A DNA stretch of 64,000 bases from Macrostomum lignano (taxonomy: Eukaryota). The position numbers and the translations under genes are program-made. Below the pieces are notes generated by a model that worked only from the letters and a program-made list of their open reading frames with translations, did no database searches and was not told the origin of the DNA. The DNA is taken from assembly GCA_002269645.1 (NCBI GenBank), contig NIVC01000440.1:434001-498000 (forward strand). The letters are read 5' to 3'. Of this stretch, positions 62,401 through 64,000 are shown piece after piece (within the stretch, counting starts at the first letter, position 1; each line of letters begins with the position of its first letter).

Positions 62401-63332
62401 CGAGTGTTAAAATTTAGCTCGATTTTGCTATGGGGTCTGCGCTGTGAAGACGAGTCTGGTGAACATCGGAGGGGTGGCTGTTTTCGAACAGGGTTGAATT
62501 TGACTATGGTCCGAGTTAAAGGGTGATTCAGCATTCAGTATAGGAGCTTCGAGGGGATGGTTTACTGTAATTAAAGCGCGACGAAGCTTCTTGTATCATA
62601 CCCACTGTCAATAGAAATATAAAGCACTGCTTCAACACAGTCCTGCATTTGGGGGGCAGACTTGGGAGAGGTTTAAAATCATTTATGAAGAGAAAATTAT
62701 TGAAAAACAATGTAAAATTTTCTGTATATTCTATTTGCTGGTGATGGTGTACATGTCTCGATTCCTGTAATATGCTACTGATTAAATGTAAATATATCTT
62801 CATTGTAAATACTTATACATGATGTACGCTACACTGTTAGTTGACTCATTTGGTAGTAGATGAGATTAGTAATTCTCGCCTCTGCGTACATGTAGTATTG
62901 TACATGTAATTTTGGTGCGCGCTCAGACCGTCTGGGGATGATACTGTAGATTAATGTGAGTGTACATATAGAATTGGGGATAGACAATTTGGGATAGGGA
63001 TTAATGTACATGGAATTAATGTACATATCCAATTTGAGATAGATAGGGATTAATGTACATGGAATTAATGTACATATATGAGCACATGGATTATTACGAC
63101 TACATATTGCCATATATCACGCTTAGGATAGCGTTTTCGTATACTACTTACTTCATTTTCAGATAGTAGTATAATTTGCGTTTTTTGCGTCAAAACATCT
63201 GAAAACCCGGCGGATTTGGCGCGATACGTAGTTGTACACCAATGGCAGGAAGGCGAACAATTTCTGTCGAGCGGCCAGGGTTCTTCTGGATGCAGCGGTA
63301 ACCGAGCAGAAGACCGGCCGACATTACTTCAT
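53451..63332 (+). CDS. DEG/ENaC-family channel-like gene with kringle-like and WSC modules after TM1; exon 6 split by a foldback element; incomplete at window end
   Basis: Exons 53451-53741, 53903-54098, 54440-54742, 55042-55341, 55836-56030, 56467-56512 plus 63237-63332; all GT-AG with consistent phases. Pre-TM1 FCGYTTAHGL, TM1 LWICFLLGTYGGFTFHMYSL, post-TM1 FPDVYFCP. Exon 4 has the WSC cysteine pattern. TM2 is not in the window. Confidence 0.7.
54133..54228. repeat. 15-bp tandem repeat (GGTGCTGGCGCCCCT) in channel intron 2
   Basis: Seen directly. Confidence 0.92.
56140..56450. repeat. 29-bp tandem repeat (GACTGTCTGACACACAGCTGTCATCCCGT) in channel intron 5
   Basis: Seen directly. Smaller arrays also at ~54855-55010 (~59 bp x3), 55410-55490 (12 bp) and 55676-55775 (20 bp). 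Confidence 0.92.
56513..63234. mobile_element. 6722-bp foldback-type element with ~1.8-kb near-identical inverted arms; no transposase ORF seen
   Basis: Mirror positions sum to 119747 from 56509/63238 to about 58330/61417, and the mirrored ORFs in the track are identical or differ by one residue. TGTACA lies on both flanks. Confidence 0.9.
58415..58672. mobile_element. 258-bp palindromic MITE-like insert with perfect 99-bp arms
   Basis: 58415-58513 is the exact reverse complement of 58574-58672; the loop holds a second hairpin GACTGTGC-GCA-GCACAGTC. Confidence 0.88.
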
Positions 63333-63379
63333 GTAAGCGAGCTTTTAGATATAACATCTGTAATCGTCAACGAAGTATA

Positions 63380-64000
63380 TTATTCTATAGACTGCGCAAT
63401 GCAAGGACCCTATGCAGTACACAGTATTCTATGGACTGGACAATGCAATTTACCCAGTACATAGTATTTTATTAACTGGACAATGCAATTAAAAACTTAA
63501 ATACTTGAAAACCAAATCCAAACCACTACCAATAGAAAAGTCATCTTTGAGTTTATATAGTTCATAAAGTTGTACAGAAAAATAACAAATAATTTTGCGC
63601 TAACTTTTTCAGCCGGACAACTATAGTGGACACCGCTAAACCAGTCTGTCCGATTTCAATCACCAATGACGAGATACTACTCAGCTCATGCAGCATCGAT
63701 GCCTGCTGTGAGTAGTATCGCGCTCTACATAAACCAAAAATATGTAAAGCGTCCTCCAGAATGTTTTCCCTGTTCTCCAGAAATTAAATATTCTCGAACA
63801 CCCAGTCTAGCCTCCTAGTCTCGGAGATCTGCAAGGACAATGCAAGGACTCCAGTACTGTACATAGTATTCTATAGACTGGACAATGCAATTTTCCCAGT
63901 CTCGGACACTCGGAAGGTCTCGGACACCTAGTGTCGGATCCACCAAATCTCGGATACTCAGTCTTGGACACCCAGTCTCGGACACACCAAGTCTCGGACA
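63380..64000. repeat. Degenerate intronic repeats (CAGTACATAGTATTCTATAGACTGGACAATGCAA; CTCGGACAC)
   Basis: Dispersed and tandem copies seen directly. Confidence 0.7.

Noticed and set aside
56513-63234. Polinton/Maverick or assembly-artefact reading of the large inverted repeat
   Set aside because: No polymerase or integrase ORFs and the termini are not AGT-type. The arms have real mismatches and the flanks rebuild an exon with a target duplication, which argues against a simple artefact, though reads are needed.

Overview
Eukaryotic (animal) genomic DNA with GT-AG introns. GC-rich exons alternate with introns that are each filled by a different tandem repeat. The style resembles a free-living flatworm such as Macrostomum, but that is inference and no search was run. 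Six intron-containing genes can be spliced by hand: (1) the 3' part of a multi-EF-hand protein (+, 1333-9014, one frameshift in the last exon); (2) a class A peptide-type GPCR (-, 12530-14482); (3) a LicD/fukutin-family type II membrane transferase (+, 17696-19339); (4) a complete SPT5 (-, 24443-33555, 1054 aa); (5) a complete casein kinase 1 alpha (-, 41477-51167, 316 aa); (6) a DEG/ENaC-type channel gene (+, from 53451). In gene 6, TM1 appears to be followed by kringle-like, WSC and kringle-like modules on symmetric phase 1-1 exons. This is the best candidate for something undescribed. Its sixth exon is split by a 6.7-kb foldback element with ~1.8-kb near-identical inverted arms. The AT-rich 5' introns of SPT5 and CK1 hold mariners, a Chapaev-type element with a nested insertion, and MITEs, and the older copies show CpG-type decay. 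Most long ORFs in the track are translations of tandem repeats. There is no CRISPR array, rRNA or credible tRNA.
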